Under the pieces are notes generated by a model. That model saw nothing but the letters and a program-made list of their open reading frames with translations. It was not told the DNA's origin and made no database searches. The translations under genes were made by a program, and so were the position numbers. This document shows positions 1-10,226 of a stretch of 64,000 bases of DNA, one piece after another. The number at the start of each line of letters is the position of its first letter. Positions within the stretch are counted from its first letter, which is position 1. The DNA lies in the NCBI GenBank assembly GCA_963674595.2, contig CAXXFV010000023.1, positions 886,647 to 950,646 of the forward strand. Reading direction: 5' to 3'. This DNA comes from a bacterium. Its GTDB lineage: Bacteria; Zhuqueibacterota; Zhuqueibacteria; Residuimicrobiales; Krinioviventaceae.

Positions 1-516
1 GAATCCCGGATTACGCCATAAGCTAATGTTTTCCATGCCCCGGGACCGAGCCTGCCTGAGATGCCTCTTCAGGCAAAAAATTAGCCCAGAAGGCCCTGTG
101 GAGGTTGTCCATGAAGCCTTATCCAGCAGGTTACAGTTCAGATACTCCAGGCAACTCTAACTGGAAGCCCTATTTCCCAAGAACCTCCAGCACTTTAAGA
201 GCCAGGCTCCTGAAGGTCTGTCTTCCCCCCGTTAGAGCCGATAGCCCACAAACTGCGGAACAGGTTAAAAGCATGAGACAAAACCAATTATTACTGAAAA
301 TTCGTACTTCGATACGACCACCTGTGATAGATTAACCTGATTAGTTGCCGGTGATTAGTGAGCCAAATGCTCACGGGCAATCTTGCTTTTCGTTAGCCGC
401 AGCCTGCGAAAATCAAGGATTAAATCAAATTGTATTGTTCGGAACCAGTCCGAATTCCATTGAAAATATGGAATCGCGGGACATTCCTCAAGTAAAGGCT
501 ACAAAGGCGATAGTAA

Positions 517-2136
517 ATGGGATACCAGGATTCTTCAATTAACAGGGCAACCATTATCCTCCTCTATCTTTTTGGAGGCTTTTACTCCTTGATCCTCACT
601 TCAAACATACCGGAAATCCGAGCTGAATCCGCATCAGCTGATGGCGAGATCCAGCAGCTCATCGACCGCTCCACACAATTGTTTTCGGTGCAGCAGGAAA
701 CCTCTGTACAGCTCGCGAGAGAGGCAGTAGAAAAGGCGAATGAAATTGGCAATAAAGCATTGGAGGTTGACGCCTTGAATAACCTGGCCCTTTTATATTA
801 TCGCCAGAGCAAGATGGAAACCGCGGAAGCAGTGCTGCGTAACGCGATCGAAATCGGCCAGGAAAACGGTTACATGAGAGGGGCCGGAATCGCCCTGAAT
901 CGACTGGGCAATGTCCTCTGGTTTCTTGAAAAAAGGCTGGAGGCCAAGACTTGTTTTGACCGTGCCCTTGTAATCCACTCGGACCTGGGTGACTGGAGGG
1001 AAATAAGCAGGACCAAGAACAACCTGGCCAATGCCTACCGCTACTGGGATGACTATCCACGGGCTATTGAACTTTTTCTCGAAGCCCGGGAAGGATATCA
1101 GAAAGTGGACTACCAGGAAGGAACCGCCTGGCTCAGCTATTCACTCGGCATCCTCCACAAAAAACTGGAAGACTATGACAGCGCGCTGGAGGCAATTGAA
1201 TCAGCTTTGGAAATATACACGGTTATGGCCCAGAAAGATGGCAGCTACAACGGTGTCATGATCTGCTACGGGCAGCTGGGAGACATTTACAACCTTACCG
1301 GGAAACCAGAGCTGGGTCTCGAATATCACCGTCGAGCTCTTCGGCTTCGTGAACAGTCCGGGAACAAAGTTGCCATCGCGGATGGTATCAGCGGGGTTGC
1401 GGAATCCTTCTTTTACCTGGGAGATTTCAAGCAGGCTCTGGAATATTTCGTCCAGTCCCAGGAAATGCGTGACGCAATCGGTATCAAAGACGGCACCGCG
1501 ACCAACATGAAATTCATAGGTGAAATATATCGGGATACGGGGAATTATGACCTGGCACTGGAACATTTCAATCGTGGGCTGGCCGCGGCCCGTGAGTTGA
1601 GCGACCGGGATACTGAAAGCGAAATCCTGGAGATGACGGCTGACCTCTACGCCCGGCAGGGCCGATACAAGGAAGCCTGGAATTCTTTCCAGGAACACCG
1701 GACTGCCCAGGACCAGGTGCTGAACGCGAAGATCTCAAAAAGTGTCGCGTCCCTGCAGCTTCAGCATGAAATCGAAATCCAGACGACGGAAAATGAACGC
1801 CTGCAGGGGGAAAACAGGATCAAGGACCTGCAATTGGGACGATCCCGAACTCAGTCCATACTGCTTATCGTGATCATTCTTTTCACGGTTTCAGGAGCTC
1901 TTTTCCTCTTCTACCTGCATCGGAAGCAGCTGCAGATCAAAACCCTGCAAGGCCTTATCCCTATCTGCTCCCACTGCAAAAGCGTAAGAACCGACAGTGG
2001 TTTTTATGAACAGCTGGAAACCTATATTTCAGCCCACACCGATGCCCAGTTCAGCCATGGAATCTGCCCGGATTGCTACCAGAAATACTACTCCGAAGAA
2101 CTGGAAGACTCTCCTCAAACTAGAGACCTCAAGTAG
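517..2136 (+). CDS. TPR-repeat membrane sensor protein with C-terminal Cys/His (CxxC...HGICPxC) module
   Basis: N-terminal hydrophobic segment; multiple TPR-like repeats (ALNNLALLYY, ALNRLGNV, NNLANAY, YGQLGDIY, FIGEIY); coiled coil; TM helix SILLIVIILFTVSGALFLFYL; then TLQGLIPICSHCKSVR...FSHGICPDC. Confidence 0.85.
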   Translation: MGYQDSSINRATIILLYLFGGFYSLILTSNIPEIRAESASADGEIQQLIDRSTQLFSVQQETSVQLAREAVEKANEIGNKALEVDALNNLALLYYRQSKMETAEAVLRNAIEIGQENGYMRGAGIALNRLGNVLWFLEKRLEAKTCFDRALVIHSDLGDWREISRTKNNLANAYRYWDDYPRAIELFLEAREGYQKVDYQEGTAWLSYSLGILHKKLEDYDSALEAIESALEIYTVMAQKDGSYNGVMICYGQLGDIYNLTGKPELGLEYHRRALRLREQSGNKVAIADGISGVAESFFYLGDFKQALEYFVQSQEMRDAIGIKDGTATNMKFIGEIYRDTGNYDLALEHFNRGLAAARELSDRDTESEILEMTADLYARQGRYKEAWNSFQEHRTAQDQVLNAKISKSVASLQLQHEIEIQTTENERLQGENRIKDLQLGRSRTQSILLIVIILFTVSGALFLFYLHRKQLQIKTLQGLIPICSHCKSVRTDSGFYEQLETYISAHTDAQFSHGICPDCYQKYYSEELEDSPQTRDLK

Positions 2137-2272
2137 CTTCCCGGTGTCCAGTATTTTCCGGCCTCAACTGGCAGGGCTCCCATATAAAATTAATTCACGG
2201 GCGAACTCACCGGGAGTTATCAGCTCATCAACGTTTTTTTACACTGGTGACTGGAAAAGGGAGGTTAAATCC

Positions 2273-3517
2273 ATGAAAAAGCAAGGATTGAATCGGCGCG
2301 GTTTTCTAGGCGGAGCTCTGGCGGTTTCAGCCACGATGCTGAACAACAGAAGGGTAGAGGGATCCAATGACCGGATCAGCATAGGGATAATCGGGTGCGG
2401 CAGGAGGGCACAGGACAGCCTGCTGAAAGACATACTGCTTTTCAGGGAGGATACCAATGTAGAGGTTGTTGCCGTTTGCGACACCTGGAAAAAGATGCGC
2501 GAAGCCGCGGCCGCTCAGATCGGGGACGCAACAGGGGGGAAGCCTCAGCAATTCACCCGTTACCAGGACCTCCTGGCCCTGGATAATGTGGACGCGGTAG
2601 TCATCGCCACCCCGGAACACCAGCACTGCACCCAGTTGATCGCCGCGGTTGAAGCCGGCAAGGATGCCTACGTGGAAAAGCCCCTGGGCATGACCATGGA
2701 GGAGATCAACCGGGCCTATGATGTTGTCACCGAACACAAGGCCATTGTCCAGAACGGAACCCAGATCCGCAGCCTGCCTCAAGCCCTGTCCGCCCGGACA
2801 TTTGTGACCGGCGGAGGCCTGGGACGCATCCTGAAGGCGGAGCAGTCGCGAAACGGAAAGAAACCCTACTGGTATGACTATGCTTCCCGCCAGCTCAACG
2901 CCCAGGATGTCGACTGGGATGCCTTCCTGATGATGCGGGAGAAGAGGCCCTTTGATCCCAAGCTTTACGCTGGATGGTACGGCTACCGGGAATTCTGCCT
3001 GGGGCCCCACACCACCCAGGGGCTGCACTTCGTCGACCTGGTGCATTACGTGACCGGGGTCGGCTGTCCGAGATACGCCACGGCCCATTTTTCCCAGGTG
3101 GAATACAAGGATGGATTCACGGTTCCCGACAGTGTCGAGATGGTTCTGGAATACCCTGAAGGCTGGAGCCTCCGCTACGGACAATTTTTCGGAAACAGCG
3201 GGGGACGCTACCTCAATATCTACGGCTCACGGGGCACCCTGGATGCCTCCGACTGGAGCTGGGACGGAGAATGGCCGCTTATCGGAAGGGACAGCGATAG
3301 CCAGGACAGGATTTCGGAAAGGACAAGGATGCCTGAGTCTGAAAGCACCCCCCACATGAAAAACTGGCTGGAGTGCCTGCGGACGCGGAAAGAACCCAAC
3401 GCCCCGATTGCAGCCGGATACGCCCACGCCGTGGCTGGGATTCTTGCAGACCTTGCTAACCGCAAAGGCCGCAAGATGAGGTTTGATGAAGTAAAACGGG
3501 AGATTCGGGAGGCGTGA
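2273..3517 (+). CDS. Gfo/Idh/MocA family oxidoreductase, Tat-exported
   Basis: Start moved to ATG 2273 (GGGAGG RBS upstream); NRRGFL twin-arginine signal; IGIIGCG Rossmann motif; DAVVIATPEHQH; YVEKP. Confidence 0.9.
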   Translation: MKKQGLNRRGFLGGALAVSATMLNNRRVEGSNDRISIGIIGCGRRAQDSLLKDILLFREDTNVEVVAVCDTWKKMREAAAAQIGDATGGKPQQFTRYQDLLALDNVDAVVIATPEHQHCTQLIAAVEAGKDAYVEKPLGMTMEEINRAYDVVTEHKAIVQNGTQIRSLPQALSARTFVTGGGLGRILKAEQSRNGKKPYWYDYASRQLNAQDVDWDAFLMMREKRPFDPKLYAGWYGYREFCLGPHTTQGLHFVDLVHYVTGVGCPRYATAHFSQVEYKDGFTVPDSVEMVLEYPEGWSLRYGQFFGNSGGRYLNIYGSRGTLDASDWSWDGEWPLIGRDSDSQDRISERTRMPESESTPHMKNWLECLRTRKEPNAPIAAGYAHAVAGILADLANRKGRKMRFDEVKREIREA

Positions 3518-3548
3518 CCTGACGCCAAACCAGTCTCTCCCTCCTCAT

Positions 3549-4505
3549 TCATGATAAAGCCCTCTTGAGGGCCTGGACAACCTCGGCATTACAGCGTTTT
3601 GACACCTCAGCTTCCGGGACCTTGACGTCAAAGGCGTGAAAAGCTCCGGGATAAACGTGCAATTCAACAGGAATCCCGGCCTGAACCAGCCTGCGGGCAA
3701 ACATGATATCTTCGTCGGCAAGCAGGTCTATATCACCTACCGCTATAAAAGCAGGGGGAAGGCCGGACAGGTCAACGGCCCGGGCGGGCGCGGCATAAAT
3801 TGACACATCACCCTTACCAGGTTCCTTTCCCAGGTAGGATTTCCAGCCGAAATGGTTGTTGTGCCGGGTCCAGAAAAGCGTGTCCGGGAAACCTTCGCCC
3901 GCCTGGACGGTATTCCGGTCATCCAGCATCGGGTAAAGCAGAAGCTGATAGCAGATTTTCAGTTCCTCGCGGTCCCGGGCCAGGAGGGCCAGTCCGGCGG
4001 CCAAACCGCCCCCGGCACTGCCCCCGCCGATCGCAATTCGTGTTTTGTCTACACCAATTTCATCGGCCCTCTCAAACATCCATTTAAGGGCGGCATAGCA
4101 GTCCTCAAGGGGTGCCGGATAGGGATGTTCCGGGGCAAGCCGGTAATCTACCGATACAGCGACGCATCCTATCTTCTTTACAATCTCCCCGATCCGAATA
4201 TCGGCCTGTTCAGGAATGCCTGAAACGTAACCCCCGCCATGGATCCATAACAATCCCGGAAGCGGGCCATTCCGTTCTTCAGGTCCGCAGATCCTGATCC
4301 TGACATCCGGCTCTCCCATGGGTCCGGAAATTTCAAGATCCCTGAATCTCAGCCCTTTCGGTATCGGGAGGGCTTTGGCCATCTCCCGGGTTTCCTGGTT
4401 AAACATCTTGCGAAGCCTGACTATATTATCCAGCCGAAAACTGATTTCTGGAAAAGCTTTCAAAGCCGGTTCAAGCTCGGGATCAAGATTAGCTATTTTT
4501 TTCAT
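3549..4505 (-). CDS. Alpha/beta hydrolase, hormone-sensitive lipase (HSL)-like esterase
   Basis: WIHGGGY oxyanion motif, DYRLAPEHPYPA, GGSAGG nucleophile elbow, HAF catalytic His. Confidence 0.93.
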   Translation of the reverse strand: MKKIANLDPELEPALKAFPEISFRLDNIVRLRKMFNQETREMAKALPIPKGLRFRDLEISGPMGEPDVRIRICGPEERNGPLPGLLWIHGGGYVSGIPEQADIRIGEIVKKIGCVAVSVDYRLAPEHPYPAPLEDCYAALKWMFERADEIGVDKTRIAIGGGSAGGGLAAGLALLARDREELKICYQLLLYPMLDDRNTVQAGEGFPDTLFWTRHNNHFGWKSYLGKEPGKGDVSIYAAPARAVDLSGLPPAFIAVGDIDLLADEDIMFARRLVQAGIPVELHVYPGAFHAFDVKVPEAEVSKRCNAEVVQALKRALS

Positions 4506-4753
4506 CTAAATTTTCCTTTACCTGGTGTCCCAATTTCATTATGCCTTACCGGGATAATAAGCAGCGGACCAGTTATGCTTTTATAATAATCCGGAATAGG
4601 TCAGGAATTCAGAGAATGACAGGAAATAGGTGATTAACAAAATCATTTGATAGATAATGCCAAGGTTATTCATATTGAAGCAACGCGGCACTTAACCCGG
4701 ATTTGCATTCCAGGGAATAGTTACGGCCCTGGTGAACTGAAAGAATAATTCAT

Positions 4754-5599
4754 TTGTCCCAAAAGCAGAAAGCGATAATCCTTATTTTCCTGACAGCCCT
4801 GCTCTGGAGCAGCGGCGGATTCCTCATAAAATCTGTTGATTTGAATCCCATCTCTATTGCCGGCTACCGCAGTTTGATATCAGCTGTTTTCCTGTCCCTG
4901 TTCCTGCGTGACATCACCAGGAAAAACCTGAGACACGTTATTGCCGGAGCGCTTTTCTACGCGGCCACGGTCATACTCTTTGTTGTATCAAACAAGCTTA
5001 CTACAGCGGCCAACGTAATCCTGCTGCAGTACTCCGCCCCGATCTGGGCAGCCCTTATCGGGGCATGGTTCCTTAAGGAGAAAGTGAAACTGCTGGACTG
5101 GGTTTTCATTTTCACCATGATGAGCGGGATCTTTTTGTTTTTCATGGATGAACTCACATTCAATGGGAGATGGGGAAATATCCTTGCACTATTGAGCGGA
5201 GTTGGTTTCGCGGGCACTGTTATTTTCATGCGCAGGCTTAAGGATTCATCCCCCCTGCTGATGATCACCCTGGGCAACATTTTCGCGGCATTATTCTGCC
5301 TGCCCTTTTCGGTTTCCGTCACGCGGATTGGTGAACACCTGCCCCTGCTCCTGGTCCTGGGAGTATTCCAGCTGGGGCTGCCCTACATCCTCTACGGCAT
5401 CGCCATTAAATCAGTGCACGCGGTTGAAGCTACCCTTATAGCGAGTATTGAGGCAATCCTGAATCCTCTCTGGGTCTTCATTCTTTTAAGTGAAAAACCG
5501 GGATTCTGGTCTATTACCGGAGGGATTATAGTCTTTACCACCGTTACGGCATATGGGGTTCTCTCGGCGTCAAAAAAAAGCGCATCCGGATCGCCGTAA
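4754..5599 (+). CDS. EamA/DMT family transporter
   Basis: About 10 TM helices; LLWSSGG, LQYSAPIW, FLKEK, IEAILNPLWVF..EKP motifs; TTG start. Confidence 0.9.
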   Translation: MSQKQKAIILIFLTALLWSSGGFLIKSVDLNPISIAGYRSLISAVFLSLFLRDITRKNLRHVIAGALFYAATVILFVVSNKLTTAANVILLQYSAPIWAALIGAWFLKEKVKLLDWVFIFTMMSGIFLFFMDELTFNGRWGNILALLSGVGFAGTVIFMRRLKDSSPLLMITLGNIFAALFCLPFSVSVTRIGEHLPLLLVLGVFQLGLPYILYGIAIKSVHAVEATLIASIEAILNPLWVFILLSEKPGFWSITGGIIVFTTVTAYGVLSASKKSASGSP

Positions 5600-5880
5600 G
5601 CGGATTATTCAAAATTCTCCCCCGCTCCCTGACTGCCGGTTTCATAGCAGCTGGAAATTTAAAAGCATCCTCCTTATTTTTGAAAGGCTGTTGGATGCCC
5701 AGGGTTTTATCTGAATAAATATTCTTAACCATTGCAAAGAATCTTCTAGGCGTGCGGCGACAGTAAAAGGCGTATTTCAAAGCAGCTGCTCAGCGTTCCC
5801 CCTGCATGGGAAAGGAAAAGACATACCGAGGCTGATCAGTTTTTTTATATCTGCCGGGCGCAATTAATCCGGCCCCACTG

Positions 5881-6084
5881 TCAGGAACCGGAACACGCGG
5901 CGCAGAGATTCCCTGTACTCAGGGTGGTTATATGGTTAGTGCAAAACCATTTGTTACATCTTGTGCATTTTCTGGAATGATCAGCACAGGCCCAGTTTCC
6001 GCATTTACTGCAGGCGTGGGCGACATTATGCTCTTCACAGATTATGCAGCGGTACACGGTCCACTTCTCTTTTTCCTCAGACAT
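5881..6084 (-). CDS. Small Cys/His-rich zinc-finger-like protein (67 aa)
   Basis: ATG 6084 preceded by AGGAG; 10 Cys in the pattern CxxC-CxxC-CxxH-CxxC-CxxH-CxxC. Confidence 0.7.
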   Translation of the reverse strand: MSEEKEKWTVYRCIICEEHNVAHACSKCGNWACADHSRKCTRCNKWFCTNHITTLSTGNLCAACSGS

Positions 6085-6174
6085 GTCACGCTCCTGTTCA
6101 GCAGGAAATAATCCTTGGTTGACATCAACTCTCAATCTCTGGTTTTCAGGCCTCCGGCACTCCAGGGATTATGG

Positions 6175-6215
6175 TGGATGGCAGCCGGGGGAATAATGCC
6201 CCCGGCTGCCATCCA
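6175..6215. terminator. Perfect 17-bp GC-rich hairpin downstream of the minus-strand oxidoreductase
   Basis: tggatggcagccggggg-aataatg-cccccggctgccatcca; no clear U tract. Confidence 0.55.
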
Positions 6216-6240
6216 GCCTTATCCATACTTCTTAAACGGA

Positions 6241-7719
6241 CTAGAATTTAAGGATGTTATCCCAGCCTTTGCGGTACTTGGGTCTCCTGATGAATGGATC
6301 TGCTTCAGGAGCATTGGTGGCACGCATATTTTTGTAGTCCCACTCGATCTTCTTACCGGTACGGTAGGCCACATTGCCGAGGTGGTTGGCCTCGGTTGTC
6401 CAGCCGGAATACTGGAAATTCGAGCCGGGTACCGGGCCATTTCCTTTAGCGTAGTCAACCCACTCATTGTAATGGCCGGGTGAGCGGCGATAGACCGGCG
6501 GAGGCATCTCGAAGTCCTTGAATTTCTCCTCCGGAAGCAGCTTCCAGTTTCTGCCTCCCACAAGTTTGCCTCTTTCGCCGATGAAAACGTTGGCGCGATC
6601 GCCCCAATCCTCTGTCCATCCGGGAGGACGGCTGTCTCCCTGGTGCCAGACGAGTTTAAGAGCCGGCTGGGAGCCAACGGCGGCATACTCATATGTTGCT
6701 TTAAGGGTGGCGGGCGCCAGTTCCTTATGGGCCGGACCATTGGGGGAAACGGCTTCGACAGTCAACGGCACCAGTATTTTCCTGCCCATTTCATCTGTCT
6801 GCCAGATATCCAGCACGGTGTAGGGTACGTCATTGTCGTGACTGCCCAGATCGCTCATGGTTCCGTTGGCAAAATCCCACCACCGGTACCAGCGGGGGCC
6901 GGGGAAATAGGTGGCATGGTAGGGACGCCAGGGGGCTGGTCCCAGCCACAGGTCCCAACTGAAATGATCGGGAACCGGCATCTCTTCCTTGAACCTGTCT
7001 ACGATCTGTTTGCCTTCGTAGAATCCGAAGCGCTCGTCATATTTTTTTGCGGATTCCGCGTCCTGGAGGCCCCAGGCTCGGCCTGCCCAGACATGGACTT
7101 CACGAACCTTGCCTATAACTCCGGTGTCCAGAATTTCTTTAACTGTGCGCCGCCGTTCGGATGCATGGCCCTGGTTACCCATCTGTGTTGACAGATGGGG
7201 ATACTTGGCCGCAGTCTCCCTTATCAAGCGGGTTTCCTGGATGTTGTAAGCAAGCGGCTTCTCGCAGTAAACGTGTTTACCATGGGTAAGAGCCAGGTAA
7301 GTGGCAATGGCATGGGTCTGCTCCGCTACTGAAACCACTACGGCATCAAAATCATCAGGGCTGTCAAAGACCCGCCGCATGTCTTTGTAGGTCTTGGCCT
7401 TGGGAAATCGGGCTGACGCGGAGTTCAGGTAATTCTGATCCACGTCGCAGAGAACGGTGACATTCTCATCAGGATGCGGTCCCGCTCCAGGCTCTGGCGG
7501 ACGAGTTGATCGTTCATCTCCCGGGAGGATGAGCAATCCTCTCATGTTGGCGTTGGCCCGGCCTCCGGCACCGATAAACGCAATGTCCAGTTTACTGTTA
7601 AGATTCTGGCCACGCAGAATCGCCGGCGCTCCGGTGGCCACAACACCGGCAGCCAGGGCACCTCCGACAAATTCACGGCGGTTTATCTGATTGCGGTTTG
7701 TTTTCTTGGTTTGATCCAT
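6241..7719 (-). CDS. Gfo/Idh/MocA family oxidoreductase, Tat-exported
   Basis: NRREFV twin-arginine signal; IAFIGAGGR; HVYCEKP; TQMGNQG; WDLWLGPAP. Confidence 0.92.
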   Translation of the reverse strand: MDQTKKTNRNQINRREFVGGALAAGVVATGAPAILRGQNLNSKLDIAFIGAGGRANANMRGLLILPGDERSTRPPEPGAGPHPDENVTVLCDVDQNYLNSASARFPKAKTYKDMRRVFDSPDDFDAVVVSVAEQTHAIATYLALTHGKHVYCEKPLAYNIQETRLIRETAAKYPHLSTQMGNQGHASERRRTVKEILDTGVIGKVREVHVWAGRAWGLQDAESAKKYDERFGFYEGKQIVDRFKEEMPVPDHFSWDLWLGPAPWRPYHATYFPGPRWYRWWDFANGTMSDLGSHDNDVPYTVLDIWQTDEMGRKILVPLTVEAVSPNGPAHKELAPATLKATYEYAAVGSQPALKLVWHQGDSRPPGWTEDWGDRANVFIGERGKLVGGRNWKLLPEEKFKDFEMPPPVYRRSPGHYNEWVDYAKGNGPVPGSNFQYSGWTTEANHLGNVAYRTGKKIEWDYKNMRATNAPEADPFIRRPKYRKGWDNILKF

Positions 7720-8163
7720 ATTCCTGCTCCTTTCCAGGCGATTTCCGCCCGGATAATCCCGAAACTGAACTGTAATCCAGTTTCATCGCTTACATGGTCT
7801 TACTCCCTTAAAGCCCTCCAAGTTTTCCCCTCCTGTCTTAAATTACAATCTACAGTCCCGGAAATGTCAATGTCCTTATTGATTTATGATTAAATGCTTC
7901 GTTTTGTGATTTGCGCATTTAATTCAGGATACTTTCATCCTTATCAAAAATGAACGGCACAGGCAGCTTGACCAACTTCAGAAATCCCCGGCCAGGGTAC
8001 AATCAAGCTTGGAAAAACAGTATTTAACAGGGCTGGCCGCGGCGAAATTCACCTGGTTTAAGTTCCCTCTGATTAAAAACATTACAGCGCTTCTTTATCC
8101 TTTGGAAATTATCATTTTTGGAAATTTGGAACTTTCAATCATTTTCAATGTATAAAACCGGAG

Positions 8164-8472
8164 ATGAAAAATTTCAGTGAGAGGCTGGGTTATAAGGGGC
8201 ACCGGCCATGTTTTTTCTACAAATACGCGATGGTAATGGCAGTGTGCAGCGGATTCGGGACAAAACCTGCTAATCAATATATGAGAGATATATTTACATC
8301 ATTTGGCTTTAATGTATCTGATGTGTATAGAGACAAATACAGAGCAGACTATCAGTATTATAAGGACAAGACTGAACACCCCTATACCGGAAGCATTAAT
8401 CCCTTTAAAAAATTCGCGGCAAAACGCGCGGTTGAAAAATTCTCAAAGGAAATCAGCGAAAACAGATTATGA
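8164..8472 (+). pseudogene. Probable fragment of a flavodoxin-like NAD(P)H-dependent oxidoreductase
   Basis: MKNFSERLGYKGHRPCFF..YAMVMAVCSGFG resembles the internal MKNFIDR...HRP segment of multimeric flavodoxin/FMN reductases; no N-terminal FMN-binding loop; AT-rich. Confidence 0.45.
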
Positions 8473-9800
8473 ATAACAATTCCCCTTACAGGTTCCTTCT
8501 CATTTCAGTTATCGGCCTGATGCTGATTTCCGGTTTTTCCATCGGGCAAGACCGGGACATTAACTCTCCCCGAAAAACAGTTATTTATCGTGTTGCGGAA
8601 TATCCGGATAATCCGGAATTGTTAAAAGCCAGTCTTACGCTCCCGGCGCCGACCAAAGACGAGAATACTGTTCTCTCTCTCAGGGGAACGCAGCTGAATA
8701 TCAAACCGCAGGTAATCAATGTCAGATGCAGAGACAACGCCCTCTCCCTGAATGAGAAAGGCCAATGGATCCTCCCAGAAGGCTGCAGGGAAATCACCTG
8801 GCAGATTGAATTAGCGGCGGTTGAACCTTTCAGCATTGAAATAGCCAGGCAGCAGAGTGTCCTGGTTAAATCGGATCCTTCCTGGATTCTACTAAGCGAA
8901 TTCTCATTCCTTCCCAGGCTTGAATCAGGCGATTATTCCGCGGTAATCGAGTTCAGCCGGGATCTTGAAAAAAAGTTGGTTTCCTTCCTGGATAGAGACC
9001 GGAAAAACAGGAGAATTATATCTGGAGGCAACGGACCGATTTTTCTTGTTTTCGGACTGGAAACTGTAACCCACGACTCACCCTCAGGCATCACACTCAG
9101 CTACCTGGCAGATGACAAGGAGTCTGGCCGGGAAATTAACAGCTTTTATCCCAGCCATTTACAATCAATCAAATATATCCATTCTCTCTTCAGTTACCCC
9201 GAAGACCGGGAGTTCAATTTCAATGTCATATGGCTGGGTCTCAACCGGGAAGGAGGCCTGGGCGGAGCCGCGGGTAACCGCTCCTTCCTTATCAACTATC
9301 CTCGCGAAAACGGCAGGCTGCTCAAAGACAAATTCATCTGGGCCATGATGACAGCTTTTCATGAGCAGTTCCATGTGCTGTATTATGGGACAGGCGCATC
9401 CCAGCCGACCTGGGCCAATGAGAGCCTGGCCCAGTATTACGCGCTTAAATCACTCGGGAAGGCAGGCTTTCCTACCAGTATCACCAGGCCCGTGCGGGAG
9501 CGTTTCCTAAATCCGGAAAGAAAAATCAAAACAGGGCTGGCGGAAGCCAACCGACGCTTCGAATCTGACAATGACTTTTCAGTCTACCACCTCTTTTATG
9601 ACCAGGGCTCCACATTCTGGTTTCAACTGGATAACCTGATCAGTAAAAGCACTTCCGGGGAAAAGGACCTGGATGATTTCATCGGACTCTTTTCAAAAAT
9701 GGTCTTTCCGGAAGATGGGACGCTGCCGGCGGAGTTCCTGGAACTCCTGGAATCGAACGGGGTGGAGAACATTCATAACCTGTGTGAAAAATATCTGTAA
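8469..9800 (+). CDS. Secreted gluzincin-type metallopeptidase (M61/M1-like)
   Basis: Signal peptide; HEQFH (HExxH) followed by WANESLAQYY third-ligand motif; FYDQG. Confidence 0.7.
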   Translation: MNNNSPYRFLLISVIGLMLISGFSIGQDRDINSPRKTVIYRVAEYPDNPELLKASLTLPAPTKDENTVLSLRGTQLNIKPQVINVRCRDNALSLNEKGQWILPEGCREITWQIELAAVEPFSIEIARQQSVLVKSDPSWILLSEFSFLPRLESGDYSAVIEFSRDLEKKLVSFLDRDRKNRRIISGGNGPIFLVFGLETVTHDSPSGITLSYLADDKESGREINSFYPSHLQSIKYIHSLFSYPEDREFNFNVIWLGLNREGGLGGAAGNRSFLINYPRENGRLLKDKFIWAMMTAFHEQFHVLYYGTGASQPTWANESLAQYYALKSLGKAGFPTSITRPVRERFLNPERKIKTGLAEANRRFESDNDFSVYHLFYDQGSTFWFQLDNLISKSTSGEKDLDDFIGLFSKMVFPEDGTLPAEFLELLESNGVENIHNLCEKYL

Positions 9801-9842
9801 ATCTGAATTCCGGATTTCACCGAACAGAACCTCGACAGCCTG

Positions 9843-10214
9843 TTATAGATGGGACAGCATCACTTTGAAGGCCACTGAGAAGACCACGGACCAGGTGACG
9901 TTAACCATTGTTCCGGCAAGATAATAGAAGGAATTCCGCTCCATATCCTCTTTCCGCACAATGGCCTTGGCCGCAAAAACAATGGCCAGGGCCGTGTAGG
10001 CCTCCAGGAGAATAAATGTCAAAATCAGAATGTTTTCACTCTTTCCTATTATCCGGCCGGTTCTGATGATCTTTTCTTTGTCCGATCCCTGACTGGAGTC
10101 TGCCTCTTCACCTTCTTTATCAAAAGGCACGAACCTTTTCACAACTGTCCCACTGGTAATGAGAAGCAGTAGATAACCAAGGAAAACTACGGCAGTTTCT
10201 TCCCAGAATGACAT
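9843..10214 (-). CDS. Small membrane protein (DUF3307-like, SatD-associated)
   Basis: GRIIGKSENILILTF...AAKAIVR...YYLAGTMVN; directly downstream of the SatD-like gene. Confidence 0.7.
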   Translation of the reverse strand: MSFWEETAVVFLGYLLLLITSGTVVKRFVPFDKEGEEADSSQGSDKEKIIRTGRIIGKSENILILTFILLEAYTALAIVFAAKAIVRKEDMERNSFYYLAGTMVNVTWSVVFSVAFKVMLSHL

Positions 10215-10226
10215 TTAAAATCCCTT

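Noticed and set aside
1-516. Short ORFs 105-335 and 345-542
   Set aside because: No motifs or convincing starts; treated as intergenic or unresolved
1997-2272. Extended N-terminus of the first oxidoreductase
   Set aside because: It overlaps the upstream gene; the Tat signal and RBS place the start at 2273
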